Below, piece by piece: positions 8,656-19,851 of a DNA stretch of 64,000 nt. Position numbers and translations under genes: made by a program. The DNA is from Steroidobacteraceae bacterium (GTDB lineage Bacteria > Pseudomonadota > Gammaproteobacteria > Steroidobacterales > Steroidobacteraceae): contig DATBBQ010000077.1 of assembly GCA_036270915.1 (NCBI GenBank), positions 30,881 to 94,880 on the forward strand. Direction: 5' to 3'. Under the pieces are notes generated by a model. The model was given only the letters and a program-made list of their open reading frames with translations, had not been told where the DNA came from and made no database searches. How positions within the stretch are numbered: the stretch's first letter is position 1; every line of letters starts with the position of its first letter.

Positions 8656-9237
8656 TCAGGCGGCCGGAGCCTTGAGAAGCATATCGAGCGCCTGCTCCAC
8701 CTTGGTGGCGCGTTCATCTCCCGAGTGCATCTCGCCCGGCACACAAGCGTAGAGCAGACCGTCGCGCCCGATCAGGCAGAACGTCGGCCAGTACTGCACG
8801 TGCAGGGCGGTCCAGTAGGATGAGTCCTGGTCGAGCATCACCGGGGCGTGTATGCCGAGGCGTACCACCGCCTTGCGTACGGCGTCGGGATATCTCTCCG
8901 GGGCCAGCTCCGGCGTATGCACGTCGACGACCACCAGGCCTTGGTCTGCCTTTTTCTGCTCGAGCGACTGCACCCATGCTCGTGAGTTGAGGCAGTTGAC
9001 ACACTCGAACGCCCAGAACTCAACGAGCACGACCTTGCCGTGCAGCGCGGCGAGGGTCAGGGGTGGGGAATTGATCCACTCATCCGCCCGCGAATGCGTG
9101 AACTCAGGAGCGACTGTTGGAGCTGTGGCAGTGGCCAATGTCGCCGCGAAGAGTGCAGCTATGGCCGTCAATGCAATGCGTATGGTTCCCGTCACGGTTG
9201 TTCTCCCGCTGGCGAGCCCCCCAAAGTCAGTATGCAC
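8656..9237 (-). CDS. thioredoxin-fold thiol-disulfide oxidoreductase (redoxin / DipZ C-terminal-like)
   Basis: N-terminal membrane anchor or signal. FWAFECVNCLNS carries a CxxC motif. ..VVDVHTPEL...QYWPTFCLIGRDG resembles the DipZ thioredoxin domain. Confidence 0.8.
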   Translation of the reverse strand: MHTDFGGLASGRTTVTGTIRIALTAIAALFAATLATATAPTVAPEFTHSRADEWINSPPLTLAALHGKVVLVEFWAFECVNCLNSRAWVQSLEQKKADQGLVVVDVHTPELAPERYPDAVRKAVVRLGIHAPVMLDQDSSYWTALHVQYWPTFCLIGRDGLLYACVPGEMHSGDERATKVEQALDMLLKAPAA

Positions 9238-9387
9238 GGCGAGCGCTGAGGTGTCACTAGCACCCCTGCTCGCCGCCGTTGGCGCACGTGCGCGAAAGCT
9301 TACCCAGGAACGCGCGGATAAGAGACTGCACGTGGCCGGGCTCAGGCTGCCGCCGCGCGGACCCTCGCCCCGGACGCTGCCGGCTGT

Positions 9388-10674
9388 CTACGGCGCGCTC
9401 GTGCCAATCGCGGCCGCTGAGGCCGGCTGCCCGCGCTTGCGCGCGCTCACGGCCTCGGCCTGGCTCAGAACGCGGAGGGCGTTGGCACCGGCGACCTTAG
9501 CGAGATCGGCATCGCTCCAGCCGCGGCGCGCGAGCTCGATCAGCAGGTCGGGGTACTTGTCGACCCCCTCGAGTCCCTTCGGCGTCTCCGGTATGCCGTC
9601 GAAGTCCGAGCCTAGGCCCACGTGATCGACGCCCGCGACGTCCTTGATGTGCACGATGTGGTCGGCGACGTCGCTCAGGGTGACGGTCGGCTTCGGGTGC
9701 GCCTGCTCCCACTGCTTGAGCGCCTGGGCGGCGCGCTCCGGCTGGCCGATGTACAGCCCTCCGAAGGGCGGGCTGTTGTAACGCGCCACTTCCGCCGCGC
9801 GGTCCGCCGACCAGCGGCGCATGGCGTCCGACACGTAGATGGTCGCGAAGTTCACCATCACCACGCCGCCGTTCTGTGCCACCAGATGCAGCACCTCGTC
9901 GGGGACGTCGCGCGGGTGATCGACGAGGGCACGCGCCGAGGAGTGCGAGAAGATCACCGGCGCCTCGCTCACCTTGAGCGCGGCGCGCATGGTCTCCTCG
10001 GAGACGTGCGCGAGGTCGACGAGCATGCCCACCCGGTTCATCTCGCGCACCACCTCGATGCCAAAGGGCGTGAGCCCGTGGTGCTTGGGGTTGTCGGTGG
10101 CCGAGTCCGCCCAGGCCGTGTTGGAGGAGTGCGTGAGGGTCATGTAGCGGGCGCCGGCGTCGTAGTACTGGCGCAGGACCGCGAGCGAGTCGTTGATCTG
10201 ATGGCCGCCCTCGACGCCGATCAGGCAGGCGATGCGGTGCGCCTTGTACAGGCGCACGATGTCGGCGGCGGTGTAGGCCATCCCAAAGTCATTCGGATAG
10301 CGCTCGCACATTCGCTTGGTGAGGTCGATCTGCTCGAGCGTCATCTGCACGGCCGCAGGTCCGGTGACGCTCGCGGGGATGTAGACCGACCAGAACTGCG
10401 CGCCGACCCCGCCCGCGCGCAGGCGCGGAATGTCGGTCATGAGCGGCGGGGACCCCTCGGGCGCCGGCAGTCCCGCCGTCGAGTGCGCCAGGTCGACCTT
10501 GGACAGATCGCTCGCGAAGCGGTCGCGGATTTCCCAGGGCAGGTCGTTGTGACCGTCGATGAGCGGGGTCTGCGCGAGCACGCGCGCGACCCGCGCGGCG
10601 TAGTCGTTGTTCTCGGCCGCGGATGCGGCGCACACGAATGACAGGGCGAGGACGCCCGCAAGGATTCTCAGCAA
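9388..10674 (-). CDS. membrane dipeptidase, peptidase family M19, with signal peptide
   Basis: Signal peptide MLRILAGVLALSFVCAASA. LIDGHNDLPWEIRDRF and ...LTHSSNTAWADS...DLAHVSE...FSHSSARAL...GLGSDFDG are M19 hallmarks. Confidence 0.9.
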   Translation of the reverse strand: MLRILAGVLALSFVCAASAAENNDYAARVARVLAQTPLIDGHNDLPWEIRDRFASDLSKVDLAHSTAGLPAPEGSPPLMTDIPRLRAGGVGAQFWSVYIPASVTGPAAVQMTLEQIDLTKRMCERYPNDFGMAYTAADIVRLYKAHRIACLIGVEGGHQINDSLAVLRQYYDAGARYMTLTHSSNTAWADSATDNPKHHGLTPFGIEVVREMNRVGMLVDLAHVSEETMRAALKVSEAPVIFSHSSARALVDHPRDVPDEVLHLVAQNGGVVMVNFATIYVSDAMRRWSADRAAEVARYNSPPFGGLYIGQPERAAQALKQWEQAHPKPTVTLSDVADHIVHIKDVAGVDHVGLGSDFDGIPETPKGLEGVDKYPDLLIELARRGWSDADLAKVAGANALRVLSQAEAVSARKRGQPASAAAIGTSAP

Positions 10675-10706
10675 GGATGGCCCCTTAAGGTTGTGTCAAG
10701 AAAACT

Positions 10707-12128
10707 TCAGCTTGCCGCCACGGGCGCGCACCAGCGCCTCCAGTCCTGCGGCTTTGCGCCCGGGTCGTGCCAGCCGCACGGGCCCTCGATCAGGTCCTCG
10801 GCCTGCGGCGGGCCCCAGCTGCCCGGCAGGTACTCGAGTGGTGTGGTCGGGCTGTTGAGCAGCGGATCGACGATCGCCCACGCGGCCTCGACCTCGTCCT
10901 CGCGGGCGAAGTACACAGTATCGCCGATCAGCGCCTCGCTGATCAGCAATTCGTAGGCCCCCATGTCCTCGCCCTGCTGTTGGGCGACGTAGAGTTCCAC
11001 GTCCTTGCCCGTCATGACGGGACCGGGTTTCTTGGTATGGGCGCCGAGCGCGATGGCGACCTCCGGACCGAGTCTGAAGCGCACGTGGTTCGGCTGCTCG
11101 GGGGCGACCTTGCCGAACACGTTCGCCGGCGGTGGGCGCAGCTCCACCACGACCTCGGTCGCGGTCACGGGCAGCCGCTTGCCGGCGCGCACGTAGAAGG
11201 GCACGCCGCTCCAGCGCCAGGAGTCGATGTGCAGAGTGAGCGCGGCGTAGGTCTCGACCTTTGAGTCGCGCGCCACGCCCGGTTCCTCGCGGTAGCCGCG
11301 GAACTGGCCGCGGATCAGCTGTGTCGGTGAGCACGGCCGCACCGACCGCAGGAGTTTCACCTTCTCGTCACGCAGCAACTCGGCGTCGACCCGCACCGGC
11401 GGCTCCATCGTGAGCAGCGCGATGATCTCCAGTAGGTGGTTCTGGATGACGTCGCGGATCGCCCCGGTCTCCTCGTAGAAGCGGCCACGGCCGGCGACGC
11501 CGATGGTCTCGGCCATCGTGAGCTGCACGCTCGCGACGTAATTGCGGTTCCACAGTGGCTCGAGGAAGGAGTTGGCGAAGCGGAAGTACAGCAGGTTCTG
11601 CACCGCCTCCTTGCCGAGATAGTGATCGATGCGAAAGATGTTCGACTCGGGGAAGTACTTGTGCAGGGTCTTGTTGAGCGCACGCGCGGACGCGAGGTCG
11701 CGCCCGAAGGGCTTCTCGACCACGATGCGCGCATCCTTGTCCTCGCTGCTCGCGGCGAGGTGCTCGATGACCACCGGGAACATCGACGGCGGTATGGCCA
11801 GGTAATGCAGCGGCCGCTGGCACCCCTCGAGCGCCTTGCGCAGCGCATCGAAGGTCGGGCGATTGTTGTAGTCGCCGTCGACGTAGCGCAGCAGCGCCAC
11901 GAGTCGCGCGGTCACCGCCTCCTCGGCGTCCGGCACGAACTCCTTCAGGCTCTCACGGACGCGACCGGCAAGCTGCTCGAGTTTCCAGCCCTGGCGCGCG
12001 ACGCCCACCACCGGGACGCTGAGCACGTTGCGGCGCACGAGCTGATATAGCGCCGGAAAGATCTTGCGATAGCAGAGGTCGCCCGTGGCCCCGAAGAGCA
12101 CGATCGCGTCACTGTCACGACGTTCCAT
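10707..12128 (-). CDS. zwf: glucose-6-phosphate 1-dehydrogenase
   Basis: IVLFGATGDLCYRKIFPALY, EKPFGRDL and RIDHYLGKE motifs. ATG 12128 has a GGGGAAG Shine-Dalgarno. The upstream in-frame extension lacks homology. Confidence 0.95.
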   Translation of the reverse strand: MERRDSDAIVLFGATGDLCYRKIFPALYQLVRRNVLSVPVVGVARQGWKLEQLAGRVRESLKEFVPDAEEAVTARLVALLRYVDGDYNNRPTFDALRKALEGCQRPLHYLAIPPSMFPVVIEHLAASSEDKDARIVVEKPFGRDLASARALNKTLHKYFPESNIFRIDHYLGKEAVQNLLYFRFANSFLEPLWNRNYVASVQLTMAETIGVAGRGRFYEETGAIRDVIQNHLLEIIALLTMEPPVRVDAELLRDEKVKLLRSVRPCSPTQLIRGQFRGYREEPGVARDSKVETYAALTLHIDSWRWSGVPFYVRAGKRLPVTATEVVVELRPPPANVFGKVAPEQPNHVRFRLGPEVAIALGAHTKKPGPVMTGKDVELYVAQQQGEDMGAYELLISEALIGDTVYFAREDEVEAAWAIVDPLLNSPTTPLEYLPGSWGPPQAEDLIEGPCGWHDPGAKPQDWRRWCAPVAAS

Positions 12129-12153
12129 GTTGCTTCCCCGTCCCAGATCGGTG

Positions 12154-13167
12154 TCAGGATTTCTCGACGTGCCCGCCGAACCCCAGGCGCATCGCCGACA
12201 GCACCTTGTTCGCGAACTCCGCCTGGCCACGCGACTCGAAGCGCGAGTAGAGCGCCGCGCTCAGCACGTAGGCCGGCACGCCGACGTCGATCGCGGCCTC
12301 GACGGTCCAGCGCCCCTCGCCGGAGTCGGCGACGCGCCCGGCGAAGCCGTCGAGCTTCGCGTCCTTCGCGAGCGCCGCGGCGGTGAGGTCCAGGAGGCGC
12401 GAGGCGATGATGCTGCCGTGCCGCCAGACTTCCGCGATCGCCGGGATGTTGAGCTGGTACTGGTAGTAGCGCGGTTCGGCGAGAGGGGCGGTCTCGGCGT
12501 CGGCGCTCGCGGTCTTGAGCCCCGCGTCCGCGTGCGCGAGGACGTTCAGTCCTTCCGCGTACGCGGCCATCAGTCCGTACTCGATGCCGTTGTGGACCAT
12601 CTTGACGCAGTGCCCGGCCACGCTCGCGCCGCAGTGCAGGTACCCCTGAGCGGCGGCCGCGCTGCCCGCGGCGCGCCCGGCCGCCGCAGCGGCCGGCAGG
12701 CGGCCGCCGGGAGAGAGCGTCGCGAACACCGGCTCGAGCATCGCCACCGCCTCGGCGTCGCCGCCGATCATGAGGCAGTAGCCCTGCTCGAAGCCGAGCA
12801 CGCCGCCGGAGGTGCCGACGTCGAGGTAGTGAATCCCGGCAGACTTGAGCTCGGCGGCGCGGCGGATGTCGTCGTGATAGTTGGAGTTGCCGCCGTCGAT
12901 CAGCACGTCGCCGCCCGCGAGGAGCGGCCGCAGCTGCCGGATCACCGTGTCGACTATCGCCGCCGGCACCATGATCCAGATGGCGCGCGGCGGGGCGAGC
13001 GCGGCGACGAAGTCATTCAGCGAGTTCTTCCCCTGCGCGCCGTAGCCGGACGCCTCCGCGACCGCCTGCGCGTTGGGATCGTATGCCACGCACTCGTGGC
13101 CGCCCTTCACGAGGCGCCGCGTCATGTTGGCGCCCATACGCCCGAGGCCAATCATCCCGATCCGCAT
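12154..13167 (-). CDS. gnd: 6-phosphogluconate dehydrogenase (decarboxylating), short Gnd-like form
   Basis: MRIGMIGLGRMGANMTRRLVKGGH Rossmann N-terminus; ..GYLHCGASVAGHCVKMVHNGIEYG. AGGAGG-like Shine-Dalgarno upstream of ATG 13167. Confidence 0.9.
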   Translation of the reverse strand: MRIGMIGLGRMGANMTRRLVKGGHECVAYDPNAQAVAEASGYGAQGKNSLNDFVAALAPPRAIWIMVPAAIVDTVIRQLRPLLAGGDVLIDGGNSNYHDDIRRAAELKSAGIHYLDVGTSGGVLGFEQGYCLMIGGDAEAVAMLEPVFATLSPGGRLPAAAAAGRAAGSAAAAQGYLHCGASVAGHCVKMVHNGIEYGLMAAYAEGLNVLAHADAGLKTASADAETAPLAEPRYYQYQLNIPAIAEVWRHGSIIASRLLDLTAAALAKDAKLDGFAGRVADSGEGRWTVEAAIDVGVPAYVLSAALYSRFESRGQAEFANKVLSAMRLGFGGHVEKS

Positions 13168-13218
13168 GCCTGCCTCCTTTCTCACTGCGCCGCCACGAGG
13201 CGAGGCGGCGACGGTCCG

Positions 13219-14716
<1,498 letters not shown>

Positions 14717-14723
14717 GGACGCG

Positions 14724-14758
14724 ATATTACATGGGAGGCTTGCGGGGACGCCTATAAT
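14724..14758. promoter_or_regulatory. two opposed -10-like hexamers in the 49-bp ibaG/kdsD spacer
   Basis: TATAAT on the plus strand (14753-14758) lies 7 nt before the kdsD ATG. TAATAT on the minus strand (14729-14724) lies 7 nt before the ibaG ATG. No Shine-Dalgarno precedes either start, and the -35 matches are poor. Confidence 0.25.
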
Positions 14759-14765
14759 GACACGT

Positions 14766-15779
14766 ATGGATTCGCATTCCGCCGCCGCGACGGCTCCGTC
14801 TGCGTCCCTGTCGGATGAACAGCTGCTCGCTTCCGCGCGCCGCGCGCTCGCCATCGAGGCGCGCGCCCTCGAGGGGCTCGCGCCGCGGCTGGACGCTCGG
14901 TTCGCCGCCGCCTGCCGCATCTGCCTCGCCTGTCAGGGACGGGTAGTCGTCACCGGCATGGGCAAGTCCGGGCACGTGGCCGGCAAGATCGCCGCCACGC
15001 TCGCCAGCACCGGCACGCCGGCGTTCTTCCTGCACCCGGCCGAGGCCGGCCACGGCGACCTCGGCATGATCACGCGCACGGACGTCGTGCTGGCGCTCTC
15101 GAACTCCGGGGAGACTCCCGAGCTGGTACTGCTCCTGCCGCACCTCAAGCGCCTCGGCGTGCCGCTCGTCGTGCTCGCCGGCAAGAACGAGTCGACACTC
15201 GCGCGTGCGGCCAGCGTCAGCCTCGACGTCTCAGTCCCCGAGGAGGCCTGTCCGCTCAATCTCGCGCCCACGGCCAGCACGACGGCGACGCTCGCCATGG
15301 GAGACGCCCTCGCGGTCGCGGTGCTCGAGGCGCGCGGCTTCACGCGCCAGGACTTCGCCCGCTCCCATCCGGGCGGCGCGCTCGGTCGCAAGCTCCTCCT
15401 GCACGTGCAGGACCTGATGCGCACCGGGGACGCGGTGCCGAGCGTGGCGCCGGATGCGCCCCTGAGCGCGGGGCTTCTGGAGATGTCACGCAAGGGGCTC
15501 GGCATGACCGTGGTGGTCGACGCGGCCGGGCTCGTGCTCGGGGTATTTACCGACGGCGACCTGCGCCGGGCGCTAGACAAGCAGATCGACGTCCACGCCA
15601 CCGTCATGAGAGAGGTGATGACGCCACACGCGAAGAGCATCGGACCGCAGGAGCTGGCGGCCGAGGCCGTGCATCTCATGGAGGTGCACCGCATCACCGC
15701 GCTGCCGGTGGCGGACGAGCGCGGCCAACTGGTCGGCGCGCTCAACGTGCACGACCTGCTGCGCGCCGGCGTGATGTGA
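14766..15779 (+). CDS. kdsD: arabinose-5-phosphate isomerase (SIS + tandem CBS)
   Basis: GRVVVTGMGKSGHVAGKIAATLASTGTPAFFLHPAEAGHGDLG SIS motif, followed by a C-terminal CBS pair. ATG 14766 is chosen; ATG 14757 is an alternative. Confidence 0.9.
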   Translation: MDSHSAAATAPSASLSDEQLLASARRALAIEARALEGLAPRLDARFAAACRICLACQGRVVVTGMGKSGHVAGKIAATLASTGTPAFFLHPAEAGHGDLGMITRTDVVLALSNSGETPELVLLLPHLKRLGVPLVVLAGKNESTLARAASVSLDVSVPEEACPLNLAPTASTTATLAMGDALAVAVLEARGFTRQDFARSHPGGALGRKLLLHVQDLMRTGDAVPSVAPDAPLSAGLLEMSRKGLGMTVVVDAAGLVLGVFTDGDLRRALDKQIDVHATVMREVMTPHAKSIGPQELAAEAVHLMEVHRITALPVADERGQLVGALNVHDLLRAGVM

Positions 15780-15801
15780 GCCCGCTTCGCGCGATCCTGT
15801 T

Positions 15802-16293
15802 ATGCGCGCCGCTATCCGCCTGCTGGTGCTCGACGTCGACGGCGTGCTCACCGACGGACGGCTGTATTTCGGCGCCCGCGGCGAGGCGCTCAAGGTCTTT
15901 CACGTGCGCGACGGCTTCGGTATCGCGCAGCTGCGCGGCACGGGTGTCGAGGTCGCGGTCATCTCCGGGCGCCGCTCGGCGATGGTGGGCGCGCGCTGTC
16001 GCGAGCTCGGCATCGCCCACCTGCACCAGGGCGCGCGCGACAAGCTCGCCGTGTTCACGCGCCTGTGTGCGCGGCTGCGCGTCCCGATGAGCTCCTGCGC
16101 CTGCGTCGGCGATGACGTGCCGGACCTGCCGCTCATGCGACACGTGGCGCTGAGCTTTGCGGTGGCGGACGCACACGAGAGCGTGCGGCGCGCGGCCGAC
16201 GTCGTGACCCGTCTGCCCGGCGGACACGGCGCGGTGCGCGAAGTGTGTGACCGCCTCATCGCGCGCAACGCGCGCGTGCGGGGTGCGAGATGA
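15802..16293 (+). CDS. kdsC: 3-deoxy-D-manno-octulosonate-8-phosphate phosphatase
   Basis: IRLLVLDVDGVLTDGRLYF HAD motif I; ...GDDVPDLPLM. Confidence 0.9.
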   Translation: MRAAIRLLVLDVDGVLTDGRLYFGARGEALKVFHVRDGFGIAQLRGTGVEVAVISGRRSAMVGARCRELGIAHLHQGARDKLAVFTRLCARLRVPMSSCACVGDDVPDLPLMRHVALSFAVADAHESVRRAADVVTRLPGGHGAVREVCDRLIARNARVRGAR

Positions 16294-16859
16294 GCTACCG
16301 CATCGTCGCGCTCCTGGCGTTCGTCGCGCTCATCATCGGCTTCGTGACGCTCACCGGCGGACAGCGTGAGGACGCCGCGCCGGTGGCGCAGGGGCCACTG
16401 CCGGACTCGGGTTACTCGGCGCTGCAGGCGCACATGGTGCAGACCGGGCCCGACGGGCTACCGCAGTACACCCTCGATGCCGCGCGCGTGCAGCAGCAGC
16501 CGGACCAGGGCACGATCAATCTGGAGCAGGTGCAGCTCGGCTTCCGGGACAGCAACGGCAACGTCTGGACCGCGCGCGCGGCGCGCGGCCAGCTGGCGCA
16601 GAACAGCGGCCTCGTGCAGCTCGACGGCGACGTGCACGTGAACGGCGTGCTCCCCGGGCTCAATCAGCCCGCGGATATGACGACCGAGCACCTCTCCTTC
16701 GACACCAACGCCCAAGTCGCCGCTACGCACGACCCGGTGATGATCGTCATGAGCGGCCGCAAGCTCGCCGCGCAGGGGATGGTCGCCAGCTTGAAGGACG
16801 GTCACGTGCAGTTAGAATCGGAAGTGCATGGCTCCTTCCTGCCGCAGCTTCCGCGCTAG
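16290..16859 (+). CDS. lptC: LPS export system protein LptC
   Basis: ATGA overlap with the kdsC stop. Single N-terminal TM helix (IVALLAFVALIIGFV), an OstA-like beta-jellyroll sequence, and the expected position in the kdsC-lptA locus. Confidence 0.8.
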   Translation: MSYRIVALLAFVALIIGFVTLTGGQREDAAPVAQGPLPDSGYSALQAHMVQTGPDGLPQYTLDAARVQQQPDQGTINLEQVQLGFRDSNGNVWTARAARGQLAQNSGLVQLDGDVHVNGVLPGLNQPADMTTEHLSFDTNAQVAATHDPVMIVMSGRKLAAQGMVASLKDGHVQLESEVHGSFLPQLPR

Positions 16860-17550
16860 TCCGCGCGCGCTTCTCGGTGCGCTCGCCGTACTCGCCGCCG
16901 GCGGCGTGCCCGCGCAGGCGCCGCGCCCCGCGCCGCAGCTGCCGCCGCTCATCGGGCGCTCGGACCTGCCCGTGGAGCTGACCGCGAAGAGCTCCGTGGT
17001 CGACTACAAGACCAACACCCTGGTGTTCACCGACGTCGTCATCTCCCAGGGCGGTACGCGCGTGTCCGCCGACCAGGCGCACGCCACCGGACTCGACTTC
17101 GTCAACAGCCGCTGGACCTTCGAGGGCAAGGTGCGCATCGACGCCCCGCCGCGCGGCAGCCTGCGGGCGGACACCGCGGTGGTGGAATTCAAGGACAACC
17201 GCATCGAGCGCGCGACCGCCAAGGGGCGGCCGGCTGACTTCGAGCAGACGCGCGAGGGCTCGCAGCAGATCGCCCACGGCCACGCCGAACAGATCGTCTA
17301 CGACGTCAACGACGGCACCATCCGTCTCGCCGACGACGCCTGGCTCTCCGACGGCCAGAATCAGATCTCCGGTCCCCTGCTGGTGTACAACGTGCGCGCG
17401 CAGCGCGTGCAGGCGACCTCGGAGCCCGGCAGCGACAAGCGCGTGCACATCCTCATCAACCCCAACAGCATGCGTCAGCCCAAGGGCGACGCCGGCAAGA
17501 CCCCGCCCGCGATTCCCGGGCCCAAGCCACCCGGGACGCCACCCTCATGA
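16828..17550 (+). CDS. lptA: LPS transport periplasmic protein LptA with a Pro-rich C-terminal tail
   Basis: Signal peptide, OstA-like repeats (..[23 protein letters not shown]...) and the expected position before lptB. Confidence 0.8.
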   Translation: MAPSCRSFRASPRALLGALAVLAAGGVPAQAPRPAPQLPPLIGRSDLPVELTAKSSVVDYKTNTLVFTDVVISQGGTRVSADQAHATGLDFVNSRWTFEGKVRIDAPPRGSLRADTAVVEFKDNRIERATAKGRPADFEQTREGSQQIAHGHAEQIVYDVNDGTIRLADDAWLSDGQNQISGPLLVYNVRAQRVQATSEPGSDKRVHILINPNSMRQPKGDAGKTPPAIPGPKPPGTPPS

Positions 17551-18269
17551 CGGTGCTGAAGGCGGCGGGACTGGTGAAGAGCTACAAGTCCCGCCGCGTC
17601 GTGAACGATCTGTCTCTTGAGGTGAGCAGCGGTGAGGTCGTGGGCCTGCTCGGACCGAACGGCGCCGGCAAGACCACCGCGTTCTACATGATCGTCGGCC
17701 TCATCACCTGCGACGCCGGCCGCATCTACCTCGATGAGCGCGATCTCACCCTGCTGCCGATCCATCGCCGCGCGCAGCTCGGCGTCGGCTACCTGCCGCA
17801 GGAGGCCTCGGTGTTCCGCAAGCTCTCGGTGGAAGCGAACATCATGGCGATCCTGGAGACGCGGCCCATGGAGCGCTCGGCGCGCGCACACCTGCTGGAG
17901 AGGCTGCTCGAGGAGCTGCGCATCGGCCACGTGCGCAAGAGCCTCGGCATGGCGCTCTCGGGCGGGGAGCGACGGCGCGTCGAGATCGCACGCGCGCTGG
18001 CCGCCGAGCCCAGGTTCATGCTGCTCGATGAACCCTTCGCCGGCGTCGATCCGCTCTCGGTGCTCGACATCCAGCGCATCATCCGCGAGCTCACGCAGCG
18101 CGGGATCGGCGTGCTCATCACTGACCATAATGTGCGCGAGACACTCGGGGTCTGCGGTCGCGCGTACATCGTCAATCAAGGCAGCGTAATCGCTTCGGGG
18201 ACTGCGGAGGAAGTCCTTGCCAACCCCCAAGTCCGTGAGGTGTACTTGGGTGAGTCCTTCCGGCTTTGA
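17547..18269 (+). CDS. lptB: LPS export ABC transporter ATP-binding protein
   Basis: ATGA overlap with the lptA stop. Walker [10 protein letters not shown], signature [15 protein letters not shown], Walker [11 protein letters not shown]. Confidence 0.95.
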   Translation: MTVLKAAGLVKSYKSRRVVNDLSLEVSSGEVVGLLGPNGAGKTTAFYMIVGLITCDAGRIYLDERDLTLLPIHRRAQLGVGYLPQEASVFRKLSVEANIMAILETRPMERSARAHLLERLLEELRIGHVRKSLGMALSGGERRRVEIARALAAEPRFMLLDEPFAGVDPLSVLDIQRIIRELTQRGIGVLITDHNVRETLGVCGRAYIVNQGSVIASGTAEEVLANPQVREVYLGESFRL

Positions 18270-18361
18270 GTGCGTGCGGGGCAGGAAAGCCAAAGACATT
18301 TATTTTCAATTAATTAGGGAAAGAATCCGCAAAGGCTGCGAGCCGCCTTTCGCAAACCACC

Positions 18362-19798
18362 ATGCTGAAACCCTCACTGCAGCTGAAGCTGGGTCAACAA
18401 CTGACGATGACCCCGCAGCTGCAGCAAGCGATCCGGCTCCTGCAGCTGCCGGCGCTTGAGCTGCAGGCGCACATCCGCGAGCTCCTCGAGAGCAACGTCA
18501 TGCTCGAGCCGCTCGAGGAGAGCGAGGCCACGGGCACGTTCGAAGCCGTGGTCACCGCCGCCGAGCAGGCCAAGCCCCCCGAGCGCACCGCGGAGAGCAC
18601 CGTCGAGGTGCTCGAAGACGGCTGGGACGCGCACAGCGTCGGGCCGGCGGAGACCTCCTGGAACGCGGACGACGACGAGCGCCCGCAGGACTACGCCGAC
18701 GATACCGGCCAGTCGCTGCAGGAACACCTGCTTTGGCAGCTGGAAATGGCGAGCCTCGCGCCGCGGGAACTGGCGATCGCGCGCGCCATCGTCGACGCGG
18801 TGAGCGACGACGGCTACCTCACCGAATCACTCGAGGAGATCGCGCAGACGCTGCGCCCGGAGCTCGAGAGCGGCGCCGAGGAAGTCGGCCGGGTGCTGCT
18901 CGTCGTGCAGGCTCTCGATCCCCCGGGGGTCGGCGCGCGTTCGGTGAGCGAATGCCTGGAGCTGCAGCTGCGGCAGCTGGACCCCGCGACCCCTGGCCTC
19001 GCAACCGCGCTCGCGATAGCGCACCAGCACCTCGAGCGGGTCGCCGCCGGCGAGCTCGCGCTGCTGCGCCGCGAGCTGCGTGCCAGCGAGGAGGAGCTGG
19101 CGAGCGCGCTGGCGCTGGTGCGCTCCTGCCATCCGCGTCCGGGCTCGACGGTGAGCGCCGGCAACGCCGAGTACGTGGTACCGGACGTGTTCGTGCGCCG
19201 CACCGAGCACGGCTGGGGGGTAGAGCTCAACCCCGCGACCCTGCCGCGGGTGCGCCTGAACCAGGGCTACGCGAGCCTCATCGGCCGCAACGCGAGCCAC
19301 GCTTCCATGCGCGCGCAGCTGCAGGAGGCTCGCTGGCTGCTCAAGAGCCTCGAGATCCGTCACGAGACGCTCATGAAGGTGGCGCGCTCGATCGTCGAGC
19401 GCCAGACGGCCTTCCTCGAGCACGGCGACGAGCACATGCGGCCGATGATCCTCAAGGACATCGCCGAGGCGGTCGCGATGCACGAGTCGACGATCTCGCG
19501 CGTCACCTCGGGCAAGTACATGCATACCCCGCGCGGGGTATTCGAGCTGCGCTACTTCTTCTCCAGCCAGGTCGAGGGCGCCGACGGCTCGGGCACCTCC
19601 TCGACCGCCATCCGCGCCAAGATCAAGAAGCTGGTCAAGGACGAGGATCCGGAGACCCCCTTAAGCGACGGACGCATCGCCGAGCTGCTGTCCGCGGAAG
19701 GGATTCCGGTCGCGCGCCGCACGGTCGCCAAATACCGCGAAGCGATGGGTATCGCCGCCTCCAACGAGCGGCGTCGCACGGGGCTGAGACCTATGTAG
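18362..19798 (+). CDS. rpoN: RNA polymerase sigma-54 factor
   Basis: MLKPSLQLKLGQQLTMTPQLQQAIRLLQL N-terminus, and the RpoN box ARRTVAKYRE near the C-terminus. Confidence 0.97.
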   Translation: MLKPSLQLKLGQQLTMTPQLQQAIRLLQLPALELQAHIRELLESNVMLEPLEESEATGTFEAVVTAAEQAKPPERTAESTVEVLEDGWDAHSVGPAETSWNADDDERPQDYADDTGQSLQEHLLWQLEMASLAPRELAIARAIVDAVSDDGYLTESLEEIAQTLRPELESGAEEVGRVLLVVQALDPPGVGARSVSECLELQLRQLDPATPGLATALAIAHQHLERVAAGELALLRRELRASEEELASALALVRSCHPRPGSTVSAGNAEYVVPDVFVRRTEHGWGVELNPATLPRVRLNQGYASLIGRNASHASMRAQLQEARWLLKSLEIRHETLMKVARSIVERQTAFLEHGDEHMRPMILKDIAEAVAMHESTISRVTSGKYMHTPRGVFELRYFFSSQVEGADGSGTSSTAIRAKIKKLVKDEDPETPLSDGRIAELLSAEGIPVARRTVAKYREAMGIAASNERRRTGLRPM

Positions 19799-19851
19799 CA
19801 AGCGCGTCCAAGAATTTAGCAAGTCGAAACCAATAGAACAGGAGACGGTTT

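Noticed and set aside
9282-9293. 12-bp palindrome GCGCACGTGCGC in the spacer between the thioredoxin-like and dipeptidase genes
   Set aside because: GC-only palindromes of this size are common in a genome of this composition. There is no second copy in the window and no associated regulator gene.
12640-12740. Ala-rich low-complexity segment (..RLPAAAAAGRAAGSAAAAQGY..) inside Gnd, considered as an insertion or frameshift scar
   Set aside because: It replaces a variable surface loop that precedes the conserved GYLHCG block. The reading frame and flanking motifs are intact, so this is most likely lineage-specific loop drift.
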